64,000 nucleotides of DNA, taken from positions 216,260 through 280,259 of the forward strand of contig JAKQKX010000045.1 of the NCBI GenBank assembly GCA_029560465.1, read 5' to 3'. The notes under the pieces were generated by a model, which saw only the letters and a program-made list of their open reading frames with translations, was not told the origin of the DNA and ran no database searches. This document shows positions 40,268-50,116 of this stretch, piece by piece. Numbering within the stretch: position 1 is the stretch's first letter; the number at the start of each line of letters is the position of its first letter. The stretch comes from Candidatus Omnitrophota bacterium (GTDB taxonomy: Bacteria > Omnitrophota > Gorgyraeia > Zapsychrales > JANLHA01). A program made the position numbers and the translations under genes.

Positions 40268-41585
40268 GAGCCTCTGCTGGGGATAGGAGTTCTGCGCCGC
40301 TTCCACCAGGCATCTCCTGGACACTCTGAAGTTTTTTTTCAATCGTGCGAGATTTTTGGGCGGCCGTTTCGATCGTATTGCTGGCCTCCTGTAATTTCTT
40401 ATGGGTCTTTTCCAGCAGGCCGCCGAATTTAGAAAACTCGTTCTTAACCATGCCCAGCAGGTTCCAGACTTCGCTCGCGCGCTTTTCCACGGCCAGGGTG
40501 CGGAAGCCCATCTGCAGGCTGTTCAACAAGGCCGCGATCGTGGTGGGGCCGGCCACCGTTATACGGGCTTCCCGACGGAGCAGGTCCAAGAATCCCGGAC
40601 GCCGCAACACTTCCGCATAAAGGCCCTCAGTCGGCAGGAACAGGATCCCGAAATCGGTCGTGCGCGGGGGATCCAGATATTTCTCCCGGATATTCTTCGC
40701 TTCCAGCTTGATCCGGGTTTCCAAAGCTTTAGACGCCTCCGCTATCCCGGCACTGTCCCCCTGATCCTGGGCTTCCTGAAGACGCTCATAATCTTCCAGC
40801 GGGAATTTGGCGTCTATCGGAAGATACACCGGCTGCCCGTCTTTCCCCCCGGGAAGTTTGATGGCAAATTCAACCGGGTCACGGCTTCCCATCTTTGTGA
40901 TAACATTTTTTTCATACTGATCCGGGGACATCATCTGTTCTAAAAGGTTCCCCAGCTGCACCTCCCCCCAGGTCCCGCGGGTTTTAACATTGGACAAAAC
41001 TTTCTTCAGGTCACCGACCCCAGCGGCCAGGGACTGCATTTCCCCGAGCCCTTGATGGACTTTCTCCAGACGGTCACTGACAATCTGGAAGGAATCGCCC
41101 AGCCGTTTCTCAAGCGTGGCGTGGAGTTTTTCATCCACGGTTTCCCGCATCTTCTCCAATTTCTGATTGTTCTCATCCTGCAGATACCGCAGGCGTTCTT
41201 CCACCACCGCGCGCAACTTCTCTAATTTCTGCTCATTCATCTGGGTCAGGACCGACAACTGCTTAGAAAAAGTGTCCAGCTGATTTTTCTGCATAAGAGA
41301 AACATCCGTCATCCGGGACAACACAGACTGAGAAAACGCATTAAGATTATCACGCAATTCCTGGCGTGCCGTCCGGGCTTGCTGCTGAGCTTCTTCCCTA
41401 TTCCGGGAAATCTCTTCGCGAACTCCCGTCTGAATTTTATCCGTGTATTGCCCGAGCCCAAGGAAACGCTCCTTGACCTCATCCCGGATCCTTTGCAGGC
41501 CCTTCCAGACGGTTATAAACCCAGCGACAATGACAACGCTGACGCCCAGCATCCATCCCATTATATCCATGCGGAACTCTTCCAA
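40251..41585 (-). CDS. rmuC: DNA recombination protein RmuC
   Basis: N-terminal TM, a long coiled coil and a C-terminal RmuC nuclease-like domain (LPIDAKFPLEDYERL). Confidence 0.85.
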   Translation of the reverse strand: MEEFRMDIMGWMLGVSVVIVAGFITVWKGLQRIRDEVKERFLGLGQYTDKIQTGVREEISRNREEAQQQARTARQELRDNLNAFSQSVLSRMTDVSLMQKNQLDTFSKQLSVLTQMNEQKLEKLRAVVEERLRYLQDENNQKLEKMRETVDEKLHATLEKRLGDSFQIVSDRLEKVHQGLGEMQSLAAGVGDLKKVLSNVKTRGTWGEVQLGNLLEQMMSPDQYEKNVITKMGSRDPVEFAIKLPGGKDGQPVYLPIDAKFPLEDYERLQEAQDQGDSAGIAEASKALETRIKLEAKNIREKYLDPPRTTDFGILFLPTEGLYAEVLRRPGFLDLLRREARITVAGPTTIAALLNSLQMGFRTLAVEKRASEVWNLLGMVKNEFSKFGGLLEKTHKKLQEASNTIETAAQKSRTIEKKLQSVQEMPGGSGAELLSPAEAHVSLE

Positions 41586-41594
41586 AAATAAATA

Positions 41595-41972
41595 TTAATA
41601 TTGTTCTATCTTGATTTCGCTTAAGTCCTCGACTTCTGTCAGGCGGCCGTATTCCCCGTTAATATACCCGATCACGTTCACCGGGCTGGCCGGACGGATT
41701 TCACCATCCTCACTGATAGGAGTCGGGCCAAAGAATATGCAGAAACAATTTTCTTCCGGCCAGAACGCTAAATCCCCTTTTTCAACAGTGTCCCGGGCGC
41801 ACGTTCTCTCCAGATCGTGTTGAATCGGAACCGGAAAATAAATTTCTTTTCCCCACCGGGTGACGTTGGCCGAAAGAGGCAGGCTGTCCCATACTTTTTG
41901 AGCCGTACGGGAATCATTAAGTTGAGCGGCTATGCGGATATGACCGATTGTAATACAAATATGTTTTGGCAT
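41595..41972 (-). CDS. Cyclophilin-like fold protein of unknown function (TM1367-like family)
   Basis: About 125 aa from MPKHICITIGHIRIAAQLNDS. Pattern recalled from the cyclophilin-like DUF family. The ORF track gives a longer N-terminus to 42059. Confidence 0.5.
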   Translation of the reverse strand: MPKHICITIGHIRIAAQLNDSRTAQKVWDSLPLSANVTRWGKEIYFPVPIQHDLERTCARDTVEKGDLAFWPEENCFCIFFGPTPISEDGEIRPASPVNVIGYINGEYGRLTEVEDLSEIKIEQY

Positions 41973-42108
41973 ATGATGACGGTGCCCATCATTTGTTTGA
42001 ATTGTAACACAAGGACCCCGAGAGCGCAAAACATATTCTTTTCCCCGCCGTGAAAACATGCCCCTAAGATCTCAGGAAGGCCCTTTCCCGCCCGGGGTTC
42101 CCGGCCCG

Positions 42109-42254
42109 CTACTTTTTTTCTTCCAGTAACCGGATAATTTTTTCAAGCCGGTTGGTGATCGCGATCGGGACAAAGACGATCCAGACAATTAAAAAAATTT
42201 TTATCCCGAAATACCAAATTAAATCCTGGACATTGCCGCTTTCACATAGGCACA
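42109..42254 (-). CDS. Possible 48 aa small hydrophobic protein in the AT-rich spacer
   Basis: Hand-translated MCLCESGNVQDLIWYFGIKIFLIVWIVFVPIAITNRLEKIIRLLEEKK with one predicted TM helix. It lies in a roughly 35% GC stretch. No supporting signals, so it could be noise. Confidence 0.25.
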
Positions 42255-42475
42255 TTTGCTCTCCTCCATATTAAATATTATTTATGAACTTATTATAACT
42301 ATTTCCAAAAAGCTTGTAAAGCACCCCCAAGAGGTGGCCCGCCTTAAAAAGCCGTCCGGGAGGCCACAAATCACCCGGCTCCTAGAAAAACATAAGCGAG
42401 AATATCCTTTTTGACGGGTCCATTTTCCAGGGTTTCAAACCGTCGGAAACCCAGAAAAGTTTTTCATGTTTTCTC

Positions 42476-42503
42476 TTGAGCCAAAAGGGTTTTTTGATAT
42501 AAT
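42476..42503 (+). promoter_or_regulatory. Sigma-70-like promoter for the PilZ-domain gene
   Basis: TTGAGC at 42476..42481 and TATAAT at 42498..42503 with a 16 nt spacer. AAGGAGA Shine-Dalgarno before the ATG at 42528. The inverted repeat GGTTTC-N9-GAAACC at 42431..42451 lies just upstream. Confidence 0.45.
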
Positions 42504-42527
42504 TGCACCAGAACAAAGGAGACCTTT

Positions 42528-43058
42528 ATGGAAAGCAATTATTCATTCCTCAATGACACTTTGGCGATTCATGAAATTCGCAAACATAAATGGATTGAAA
42601 GCGAAAAGCAGGGCCGGGAAATCGGGTTCGCCACGGCCGCGGTGGATTGGATTAAGAAATACGGCCAAAAATGGCATCTTTCCCGGGCTGAACACCAGCA
42701 AGGGGCTGACCCTTTTTCCGAAAAACGGCAATTCCGCCGTTTCCAAAGGAAATTTCCCCTACAAATCAAAATCAAGAACAAGCACATTGAATGTCAGACA
42801 GATAATATCAATCTCCTCGGGCTAGCCTGCACAATCCCCGCGTCCATCAACCCTGATGACACCGCAGACGTCACCATCCTTTTTCAAAAGCCCGACGCGC
42901 AGCGTAAACCTGCAAATCGCATACGGTTCCAAACCCGCATCGCCAGAGTATCAAACCTGTCCGTAGCACGGCAGGGACGCCAGTTCAATATTTTTCTCCC
43001 GTTTCCGGAGGAGATAAAAGATTTCATCCGGGGGCACTCCGAAATCTTAAATAATTAA
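42528..43058 (+). CDS. PilZ-domain protein (putative c-di-GMP receptor) with an N-terminal domain of unknown function
   Basis: C-terminal RRFQRKF (RxxxR) and DNINLLGLA ([D/N]xSxxG-like) PilZ motifs. The N-terminal 60 aa carry HKWIESEKQGREIGFATAAVDWIKKYGQKW. Preceded by a promoter and Shine-Dalgarno. Confidence 0.6.
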   Translation: MESNYSFLNDTLAIHEIRKHKWIESEKQGREIGFATAAVDWIKKYGQKWHLSRAEHQQGADPFSEKRQFRRFQRKFPLQIKIKNKHIECQTDNINLLGLACTIPASINPDDTADVTILFQKPDAQRKPANRIRFQTRIARVSNLSVARQGRQFNIFLPFPEEIKDFIRGHSEILNN

Positions 43059-43277
43059 AAGTCCGATCCCATAAAACAGGAATAGACAAGCATGCGCTAA
43101 CGCCTGGGAGTTTTGGACCTTAAAATATCCTCAAAGGTCCAATCCCGTTCTTTCTTAGGCGTGTTTGGTTTCTCAACCGCGATCTTGCGCGCATCCATTT
43201 TATTTTGGCGAGGTTTTTTAGATGACCGCCCCATCGGATACCCCCACGGTTAAACGGTTTGTCTTTCCCTCATAGCC

Positions 43278-43691
43278 TCACACCTTATCCGGGGAAGACG
43301 AGAGTTCATGCTCCCATTTTAAAAGAGAGCCCCGGGCATCAAAATAAAGATATATTTTCTCCTTCCCCGCATAATCGGCCTGACGCCGGTACATCCACAG
43401 CGTCCGCCCCCCGGGTTCCCCTGCGAGGGCTTGTTCATAAATCGGTGCCCCGTAAATTTTACGGATCTCTTTCTGACGCATTGTCCGCGTGAAACGGCCC
43501 GATGTCAGGTCATGGACAAGCGCTTCAAAACGCTTATCCGCTTTCTCTATAAACATCTCTTTGTCTTCATTATTATTGGAATAGGCCTGAAGCGTTAACA
43601 GCTGCTCTAAATGGGCCAATTTAGCGCACCCGGGCAAAATCAGGACCGTGGAAAAAAACAAAAACCTCCCCAAGACCGCTTTTCCTCTCAT
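43278..43691 (-). CDS. Hypothetical lipoprotein
   Basis: MRGKAVLGRFLFFSTVLILPGCAK, a signal peptide with an LPGC lipobox. The ORF track starts earlier at 43745. Confidence 0.5.
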   Translation of the reverse strand: MRGKAVLGRFLFFSTVLILPGCAKLAHLEQLLTLQAYSNNNEDKEMFIEKADKRFEALVHDLTSGRFTRTMRQKEIRKIYGAPIYEQALAGEPGGRTLWMYRRQADYAGKEKIYLYFDARGSLLKWEHELSSSPDKV

Positions 43692-43741
43692 TATAATCTC
43701 CCCTGCCCGAAAGCCTGGAACCCCCGAGGGCGGCAAGCGCC

Positions 43742-45682
43742 TCACTTGCTGATATGGTCCTTCTCCTCCGTCAGCCTCTTAATATCCGATTCCATCTCCC
43801 TTAAAATCTTTGGAATCTGCTTCAACCGTTGCCCGCATTCTTTAATAAGCTCCGGGTCTTTCCCGTACGCATTGGCCAGCAACCGTGATTTCACGTAACT
43901 TTCCTTTTCCAACTCTTTCATCTGATGCTGTAAATCTTTGATTCGATTTCTGATCTCATCGATCCGTTTCAACGCCTGCTGATGAAGACGCCGGGCTTCT
44001 TTCAGTTTGGCGTACTCTTCCCCCTGAAATTTCTTTTTCTCGGCCTTGGCGGCCTGTGTTTCATGGCGAAGCCTGGCTTCACCTTCCTGCGTTAAAGTTT
44101 CACCATCCTTCTTCTTATCCAGATAATAATCCAAACCACCCGGATAAGTTTTGATCTGCCCCTGGTTGACTTCCACGATAGAATCAGCGATCTGCTCTAC
44201 GAAAAAAAGGTCATGGCTGATAAAACACAACGTCCCCTCGTACTGCTGAAACGCTTTAATCAACGCATCCACGCCATCGATATCCAAATGGGTGGTCGGC
44301 TCGTCAAGAAGGATAAAGTTCGGTGGCCTGATGAGCAGTTTGGCCAGGATCAGACGGCTCTTTTCCCCACCCGAAAGCACCTGGACAGGCTTGAACACAT
44401 CTTCTCCGTGAAAATTAAAAAGCCCGAGCAGGGTCCGCATTTGAGTGGCCGGATACGTTCCTTCCGCGGCAGAGGCAAGCTCATCAAGGACCGACCGTGC
44501 GGGGTTCAGAACATCGAGCCGGCTCTGGGAAAAATACCCCCGCTGAACCTGATGCCCCAACACGATCATCCCCTGGTCCGGAGGCAAAACCCCGGCCAAC
44601 ATTTTCAACAGCGTGGACTTCCCCGCCCCGTTGGGCCCCACGAGGCACACTTTCTGTTTTCGCAGGATTTCAAAATTCAAATCCTGGTAAACGGTTTTTT
44701 CGCCATAGACCTTACCCACACGCTCGCAACGGATGACCGAATACCCGCTCGCCTGGACCGGAGGGAACACAAAATCCTTAATGCTTTTTCTCTCCGGAGG
44801 CAGCTCAATGTTTTCAAGCCGCTCGAGCATCTTCCTCTTATTTTTAACGGCAGACGCCCGGTTGGGCTGGGCATGAAACCGCTGGGCGAACCGTTCGAGC
44901 TGTTGTTTCTTTTTCTCGACCACCTTTTGCCGCTTTTCCAAGCTCCTGATGTTAATCCCTTTCTGCGTCTCGTAGGCCTCGTAGTTCCCCTTCACCTTGG
45001 TCAGCGTGCCGTCATCCAGAACAATCGTATAATTTGTCACCTCATTGAGGAACACCTTGTCATGAGAAATCAGGATAAACGTGCCCGGATAAGTCTTCAG
45101 GAAATCCTTGAGCCACAAAGTGGCCGGCAGGTCAAGGTAATTCGTCGGCTCATCCAACAACAGGACGTCATATTTATAGACCAGCAGCTTCGCTAAAAGC
45201 GTCCGCATTTGCCAGCCACCGCTGAGCTGAAGAACCGGTTTATGGAAATCCTGCACAGCGAAGCCTAACCCGGACAAAACCGCCTCGGCTTTATGCTCTA
45301 TCTCATAAATGCCCAGCCGCTCCAGTTCTTCAAGGATGTCCCCATAACGCGCCTGGTCGGCCTTATTCGTTTCTTCATAATAACGTTTTTCTTGCAGCAA
45401 CTGGCGGACATAGGCATCCCCGGAGGTCACTTCTTCCAAAACCGTCCGGTCAGAATGAAAATGCGCTTCCTGGGGGAGATACCCAATCTTCAGGTTTTTC
45501 TGAAGCTGGACCCCCCCCCCGGACGATTCCGTCTCCCCGAGGATAACCGAGAACAACGTGGTTTTCCCGGCCCCGTTCGGGCCGGTTAACCCGATGCGTT
45601 CCTGCGGGAAAATACTCAAATTCACACTTTTAAACAGCGTCCTCTGAGTGAGGTTTTTCGTCAGGTTTGTGATCGCGATCAT
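43742..45682 (-). CDS. ABC-F family ATPase (Uup/EttA-like)
   Basis: Two tandem ABC domains (GPNGAGKTTL; GPNGAGKSTL; LSGG signatures), no TM domain, and a C-terminal coiled coil. Confidence 0.9.
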   Translation of the reverse strand: MIAITNLTKNLTQRTLFKSVNLSIFPQERIGLTGPNGAGKTTLFSVILGETESSGGGVQLQKNLKIGYLPQEAHFHSDRTVLEEVTSGDAYVRQLLQEKRYYEETNKADQARYGDILEELERLGIYEIEHKAEAVLSGLGFAVQDFHKPVLQLSGGWQMRTLLAKLLVYKYDVLLLDEPTNYLDLPATLWLKDFLKTYPGTFILISHDKVFLNEVTNYTIVLDDGTLTKVKGNYEAYETQKGINIRSLEKRQKVVEKKKQQLERFAQRFHAQPNRASAVKNKRKMLERLENIELPPERKSIKDFVFPPVQASGYSVIRCERVGKVYGEKTVYQDLNFEILRKQKVCLVGPNGAGKSTLLKMLAGVLPPDQGMIVLGHQVQRGYFSQSRLDVLNPARSVLDELASAAEGTYPATQMRTLLGLFNFHGEDVFKPVQVLSGGEKSRLILAKLLIRPPNFILLDEPTTHLDIDGVDALIKAFQQYEGTLCFISHDLFFVEQIADSIVEVNQGQIKTYPGGLDYYLDKKKDGETLTQEGEARLRHETQAAKAEKKKFQGEEYAKLKEARRLHQQALKRIDEIRNRIKDLQHQMKELEKESYVKSRLLANAYGKDPELIKECGQRLKQIPKILREMESDIKRLTEEKDHISK

Positions 45683-46481
45683 AATATTTCAAAGCAGTGT
45701 CTAAATCGACCCCCAGGTCCTTTTCTTTCTTGGGAGGACGGTGATTCCACAAGATAACAATTCCTATCAGCACAATATTGATCATCGGCCCCAGATAGAA
45801 ATCCTTAAAAACATTTAAGACCAACATCGCGCTGTACAGCATCGTGACAACCGCCATTTGAATCCAGCGGTATTTCTCATGCCAAAACAGATCCGCAAAG
45901 TAAATCAAAATCACCAGCAGGGAAACATAAAAAGCCCACGGCAAAACCGGCTTGAGGACCTGCTTGAGTTTCATATACGCCTGCAGCCATTTAGGCGGGT
46001 CGGGGTTGATCAGTTTTTTATATTCCTCCGCAACCAAAAGGATCAGGGCTTCTTCACATCCCTGCTTGCCCATGCCGACTTTCAGGAACTTCGGGACATC
46101 CTCGCAAGCGCTATTCATCCTTTTGACCAGTTCTTCAACCCTTTTGCCGATACACTCCTGAAATATCTCAATCTTAAATGTCCGCTCCTTGGTGATGGAT
46201 TCCTTAACGCAGGCTTCAATATCGCTCTCCACATATCTATCAAGCACGTCCTGGTGGTCTTCTTTAATAACCGTCGCGAACTCCCGGATAATGCAATTCT
46301 CTTTCTCATTCAGCATCGCCTGGGGAATATAAATGTCATTCTTCACCTGACGCTTAAAATCCTCGCACCGGCTCACGGCCTCCGTCATATATTCCCGGGA
46401 ACGCTGCGCGTCAATCCGGGTGGGCAGCACCCCGTTGAAGGCCGCGAAAACAACCCAGGATATAATAATTTTTTTCATCAT
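45630..46481 (-). CDS. Hypothetical Cys-rich secreted/membrane protein
   Basis: Signal peptide, a ~150 aa domain with 7 Cys, and 2-3 C-terminal TM helices. Lower GC than its neighbours. The 3' end overlaps the ABC-F start by about 50 nt. Confidence 0.5.
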   Translation of the reverse strand: MMKKIIISWVVFAAFNGVLPTRIDAQRSREYMTEAVSRCEDFKRQVKNDIYIPQAMLNEKENCIIREFATVIKEDHQDVLDRYVESDIEACVKESITKERTFKIEIFQECIGKRVEELVKRMNSACEDVPKFLKVGMGKQGCEEALILLVAEEYKKLINPDPPKWLQAYMKLKQVLKPVLPWAFYVSLLVILIYFADLFWHEKYRWIQMAVVTMLYSAMLVLNVFKDFYLGPMINIVLIGIVILWNHRPPKKEKDLGVDLDTALKYYDRDHKPDEKPHSEDAV

Positions 46482-46486
46482 AAAAC

Positions 46487-47227
46487 CTACCCCGTTTTTA
46501 AGGCCCTGATTTCCTGATCATTCAACAACCGGAACGCCCCCGTCGGCAGAGTCCCCAATTTCACCGGCCCCTGGCGCAACCTTTTCAAAAAAAGGACCTT
46601 GTAACCGAGATGGGCCATCATTTTTCGAATCTGCCGTTTCCGGCCTTCATGGATCGTGAGCGACACCTGCGTTTCCAAACCTTTACTGTGAACATGTTCC
46701 ACCCGGGCCGGAGCGGTCTTTTTTCCATCGATAAAAAGCCCCCGCTCTATCCGTTTACGGTCTTCAGGCTTTAAAAGACTGTCAATCCTAAGGATATAAG
46801 TTTTGTTAATATTATACCTTGGATGAGTCATTTTTTGAATAATTTTGCCATCATTCGTCAGCAGTAAAAGCCCTTCTGTATCCTTATCCAGGCGGCCCAC
46901 GGGTTTCAGAGGATAAAGCGCCTTGGGCAAAAGGTCATAAATTGTCTTCTTCGCGTGAGGATCCGAGCGCGTTGTCACATATCCTGCCGGTTTATTCATC
47001 ATAATATACTGAAAAGCCGGCGTCACGACCCTGGCCCCGTCCACACGGACGTCATCTCCGTCACTCACCGGGAAAGACGGTTCCCTCACCGGTTGCCCAT
47101 TGACAAAAACATGCCCGTCCTGAATCAGGGCCATGGCCTGCCGGCGGGAAGAAACCCCGGCCCGGGAAATATAAACCTGCAGCCGGAGGCCATCCAGTTC
47201 AGGTTGCCCTACGGAACGTTTTGTCAT
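46487..47227 (-). CDS. Pseudouridine synthase (RsuA/RluB family) with an S4 domain
   Basis: S4 RNA-binding N-terminus ([16 protein letters not shown]) and a PseudoU_synth_2 core ([17 protein letters not shown]). Confidence 0.8.
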   Translation of the reverse strand: MTKRSVGQPELDGLRLQVYISRAGVSSRRQAMALIQDGHVFVNGQPVREPSFPVSDGDDVRVDGARVVTPAFQYIMMNKPAGYVTTRSDPHAKKTIYDLLPKALYPLKPVGRLDKDTEGLLLLTNDGKIIQKMTHPRYNINKTYILRIDSLLKPEDRKRIERGLFIDGKKTAPARVEHVHSKGLETQVSLTIHEGRKRQIRKMMAHLGYKVLFLKRLRQGPVKLGTLPTGAFRLLNDQEIRALKTG

Positions 47228-48039
47228 AAAATCCTCCTCCTGGCCGGCGGATGATCCGCCCGGCCCCTTTGCCGGCACGCCTCATAAATCACAACCGCGC
47301 TCGAGACAGAAACATTGAGGGAATCCGCTTGCCCATGCATCGGAACACGCACGGCTTCATCAGCATGCTCAAGCCAAAACCGGCTCAACCCCTCGTGCTC
47401 ACTGCCGACAACAACAGCGATGTCTAATGTTAAATCCGAGTCATAATATATGTTTTCCGCCACCGGAGTCGCGGCCAGAATCTTGGCCTTTCGGGACCTT
47501 AAAAACCGGTGAGCCTCCTCCGGCGAGGCTTTGACGACCGGCAACGTGAACACGCAACCGAGGCTGGCCCGGATGCAATTCGGGTTATAAATATCTGTCC
47601 GCGTATCGCAAGCGATCACCCCATCCACGCCCGCCGCATCGCAGGTCCGGATAATGGCACCCAGGTTCCCAGGCTTTTCCACGTGTTCAACGACTACATA
47701 AAAGGCGCGGGAATGAACCGGGATCGCATCCAGGGTCCAAAGCCGCGGAGCGCAGATCGCCACGATGCCTTCATTCCGGTCCCCGAACGCGATCCGTTCC
47801 ATCACATGGTCCGCGACCTCGTGGACAGGAACATGCCGGGCCGCCAACATACCCAAGAGGACCTTAGGCCCCGCGTTCCGGCCGCAAAAAACTTCCTGAA
47901 ACGGGACGCCAGCCTCCAGCGCCCGCGTGATTTCCTGAACCCCATCCACAATCGTGAGCTTGCGTTCAACGCGGGCCCGGGGTTTTCTTAACGCCAAGAC
48001 ATTCTTAATGCGGGGATTGGCCAGGCTTAAAATTTTCAT
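47224..48039 (-). CDS. SpoU/TrmH-family RNA 2'-O-methyltransferase
   Basis: SPOUT motifs ([24 protein letters not shown]; [11 protein letters not shown]; [10 protein letters not shown]). Confidence 0.8.
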   Translation of the reverse strand: MKILSLANPRIKNVLALRKPRARVERKLTIVDGVQEITRALEAGVPFQEVFCGRNAGPKVLLGMLAARHVPVHEVADHVMERIAFGDRNEGIVAICAPRLWTLDAIPVHSRAFYVVVEHVEKPGNLGAIIRTCDAAGVDGVIACDTRTDIYNPNCIRASLGCVFTLPVVKASPEEAHRFLRSRKAKILAATPVAENIYYDSDLTLDIAVVVGSEHEGLSRFWLEHADEAVRVPMHGQADSLNVSVSSAVVIYEACRQRGRADHPPARRRIL

Positions 48040-49247
48040 GACCGGCGCGCAGCCTTTTTGATGATAGGGATCAACTTCTGATTGGGTTTAAAATTCTTCG
48101 TCCGCCAGGACTGGATCATGGCGTCCCGGTGTTGAGGCCAGGCCCCGGCATAATTATCCCACCCCAAAAGGGGACCTTCCCTCCTCACCCAAGGCGGATT
48201 CCCGTAATAACTGAATACCCCATCCGGGAAAACAGCGTTCTTGACCGCCTTATAGGTCCAGTACGTCCAATGAAAGTCGAAATCATAAAAAACATCCAAC
48301 ATGTCTTCCAGCCAACGGGCCTCGCCATACAAACCGTCGCGGTAATTCACCCCGAATTCCCCCACCAAAAGCGGCCGCTGCCGTGACTCCGCAAAATCAC
48401 GGTGCCGGGACAAAATCCGGCGCATGGACGCTTTTGTAAAAGACCCCTTCCCTCCGGCATTTCTTAAAGGATACCTCAAAGACGGGACAAAATTAAACGT
48501 GAAGTCCAGCGGCTCATAAGCATGCACGCTATAAACCAAATTCGGGTCATTCAAAGCATCCAGACAGGAGAGATCCGTGGCCCAAGAGTTCCCTTCGGCA
48601 AAAATCATGTGATGCGGGTCAACGGCCCGGATATCCTGAATGAGTTTCTGGTAAAACGCGGTGACACAGCTGGAATCCGCCACCACCGCTTCGTTCAAAA
48701 GGTCATACCCGGCGACGGCCGGCTCTGCCCGGTAACGGGCCGCCAGGAACGTCCACAACGCCCTTGTCCTGCGCTGGCAAGAAGGGCTGGTCCATAACGC
48801 GGCTTTGCCGCGGCTGTCCGAGTGCCAATCATGATTCTGCGAACCGCAGGCCGCGTGCAGGTCAAGGATGACCCACACCCGGAACCGTTTCGCCCAGGCA
48901 ATCACACGGTCCAAGACCGCCACCCCCTGGGCATCATAACAATAAGGCTTTGTCTCAATGAGCCCGTAATGAAACGGCACACGCACGCAATTCCACCCCA
49001 GATCCGATATGCGCCGGAAATCCTCCTCGGTGATAAAATTCTCCCGGAACGCGACTTCCCATTCATGACAACCGCGGGGGCCCCAGGATTTCGTCAGAGA
49101 TTCTTTTAAAACACGGACCGGCCGGTTCAGGGAATGCAGGATATACCCTTCCATCATCAACCAGCCGCCCAGGTTCACGCCGCGTAAACGGACTTTTTTC
49201 TTTTGATGGACAATATCTCTGCCTTGAACAATCAGAAAATCGCTCAT
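48036..49247 (-). CDS. Glycoside hydrolase family 5 protein, no signal peptide
   Basis: GH5 motifs (GWNCVRVP; DLLNEAV with catalytic NE; VGEFG nucleophile region). No N-terminal signal. Overlaps the methyltransferase by 4 nt. Confidence 0.75.
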   Translation of the reverse strand: MSDFLIVQGRDIVHQKKKVRLRGVNLGGWLMMEGYILHSLNRPVRVLKESLTKSWGPRGCHEWEVAFRENFITEEDFRRISDLGWNCVRVPFHYGLIETKPYCYDAQGVAVLDRVIAWAKRFRVWVILDLHAACGSQNHDWHSDSRGKAALWTSPSCQRRTRALWTFLAARYRAEPAVAGYDLLNEAVVADSSCVTAFYQKLIQDIRAVDPHHMIFAEGNSWATDLSCLDALNDPNLVYSVHAYEPLDFTFNFVPSLRYPLRNAGGKGSFTKASMRRILSRHRDFAESRQRPLLVGEFGVNYRDGLYGEARWLEDMLDVFYDFDFHWTYWTYKAVKNAVFPDGVFSYYGNPPWVRREGPLLGWDNYAGAWPQHRDAMIQSWRTKNFKPNQKLIPIIKKAARRS

Positions 49248-49275
49248 AACACCCCGCGCTTTCGGTTGGCTTCCA

Positions 49276-50094
49276 TCAGTCTTTTAAAAACCCGTACTGC
49301 CGCAGAAAAGCGGTTATCCCGCCGATATAGGTCCGGGCTGAAACAACATGCCCGTCATTATGATCGCCGGTTATTTTCAGGAACGCTTTGGGCTCCGGAG
49401 CACTCTCGAAAAGTTTATGGCCCAGGGCAAACGGGACCGTTCTGTCATCCGTACTGTGAATAAATAATTTCGGCATCCGGCAGCTTTGGATTTTGCTCAT
49501 GGAGTCCAGCTTGATTTTCAGGAAGAAAGACGGGATAAAAGGGAACATGACCTTTCCCATATCCACGGCAGACGTGAACGTCGAATCCAGAATCAGGGCG
49601 TCCACCTCACGGCGGCTGGCCAAATCGACAGCCGCGACCCCGCCCAGGGATGCGCCGTACACGATCAGCTGATCCCGGCGGATATCCTTCCGGGCGAGGA
49701 CGGCCTCATACGCGGCCTGAACATCCTCGTACATCCCTCCTTCCGTTGGGTGGCCTTCACTGTTGCCGTACCCCCGATAATCAAAAATAAAAACGCTGCA
49801 CCCCAGGTTATGAAACATCAAAATCTTCTCCAGGCGGTCCCCGACATTCCCGGCGTTACCGTGTAAGAAAAGGACAACCGGAGCCTCCCCCGGGCGGGCC
49901 GCGGCCGGGACAAACCAGCCGTGCAACCGGCTTTTATCCAAGGAGGGGAAAAACACGTCTTCATAATCAATCCCGACATCCTTCGGCGTGGACAGGACAA
50001 CTTTCGTCGGCTGGAAAACCGTCGCCCGCTCCAGGAACCGGACGTAAACAAGGACACCTAAAATAAACAGTAAAGGATAAAGGGCAACGCGCAT
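49276..50094 (-). CDS. Alpha/beta-fold hydrolase
   Basis: N-terminal TM, a GASLGG nucleophile elbow (G-x-S-x-G), an HGNAGN oxyanion region and a His near the C-terminus. Confidence 0.7.
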   Translation of the reverse strand: MRVALYPLLFILGVLVYVRFLERATVFQPTKVVLSTPKDVGIDYEDVFFPSLDKSRLHGWFVPAAARPGEAPVVLFLHGNAGNVGDRLEKILMFHNLGCSVFIFDYRGYGNSEGHPTEGGMYEDVQAAYEAVLARKDIRRDQLIVYGASLGGVAAVDLASRREVDALILDSTFTSAVDMGKVMFPFIPSFFLKIKLDSMSKIQSCRMPKLFIHSTDDRTVPFALGHKLFESAPEPKAFLKITGDHNDGHVVSARTYIGGITAFLRQYGFLKD

Positions 50095-50116
50095 AGGTCC
50101 GACCGCTCCTTAAAAA

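Noticed and set aside
43108-43198. 30 aa minus-strand micro-ORF downstream of the lipoprotein gene
   Set aside because: Too short, no Shine-Dalgarno and no hydrophobic or structured character. Indistinguishable from chance.
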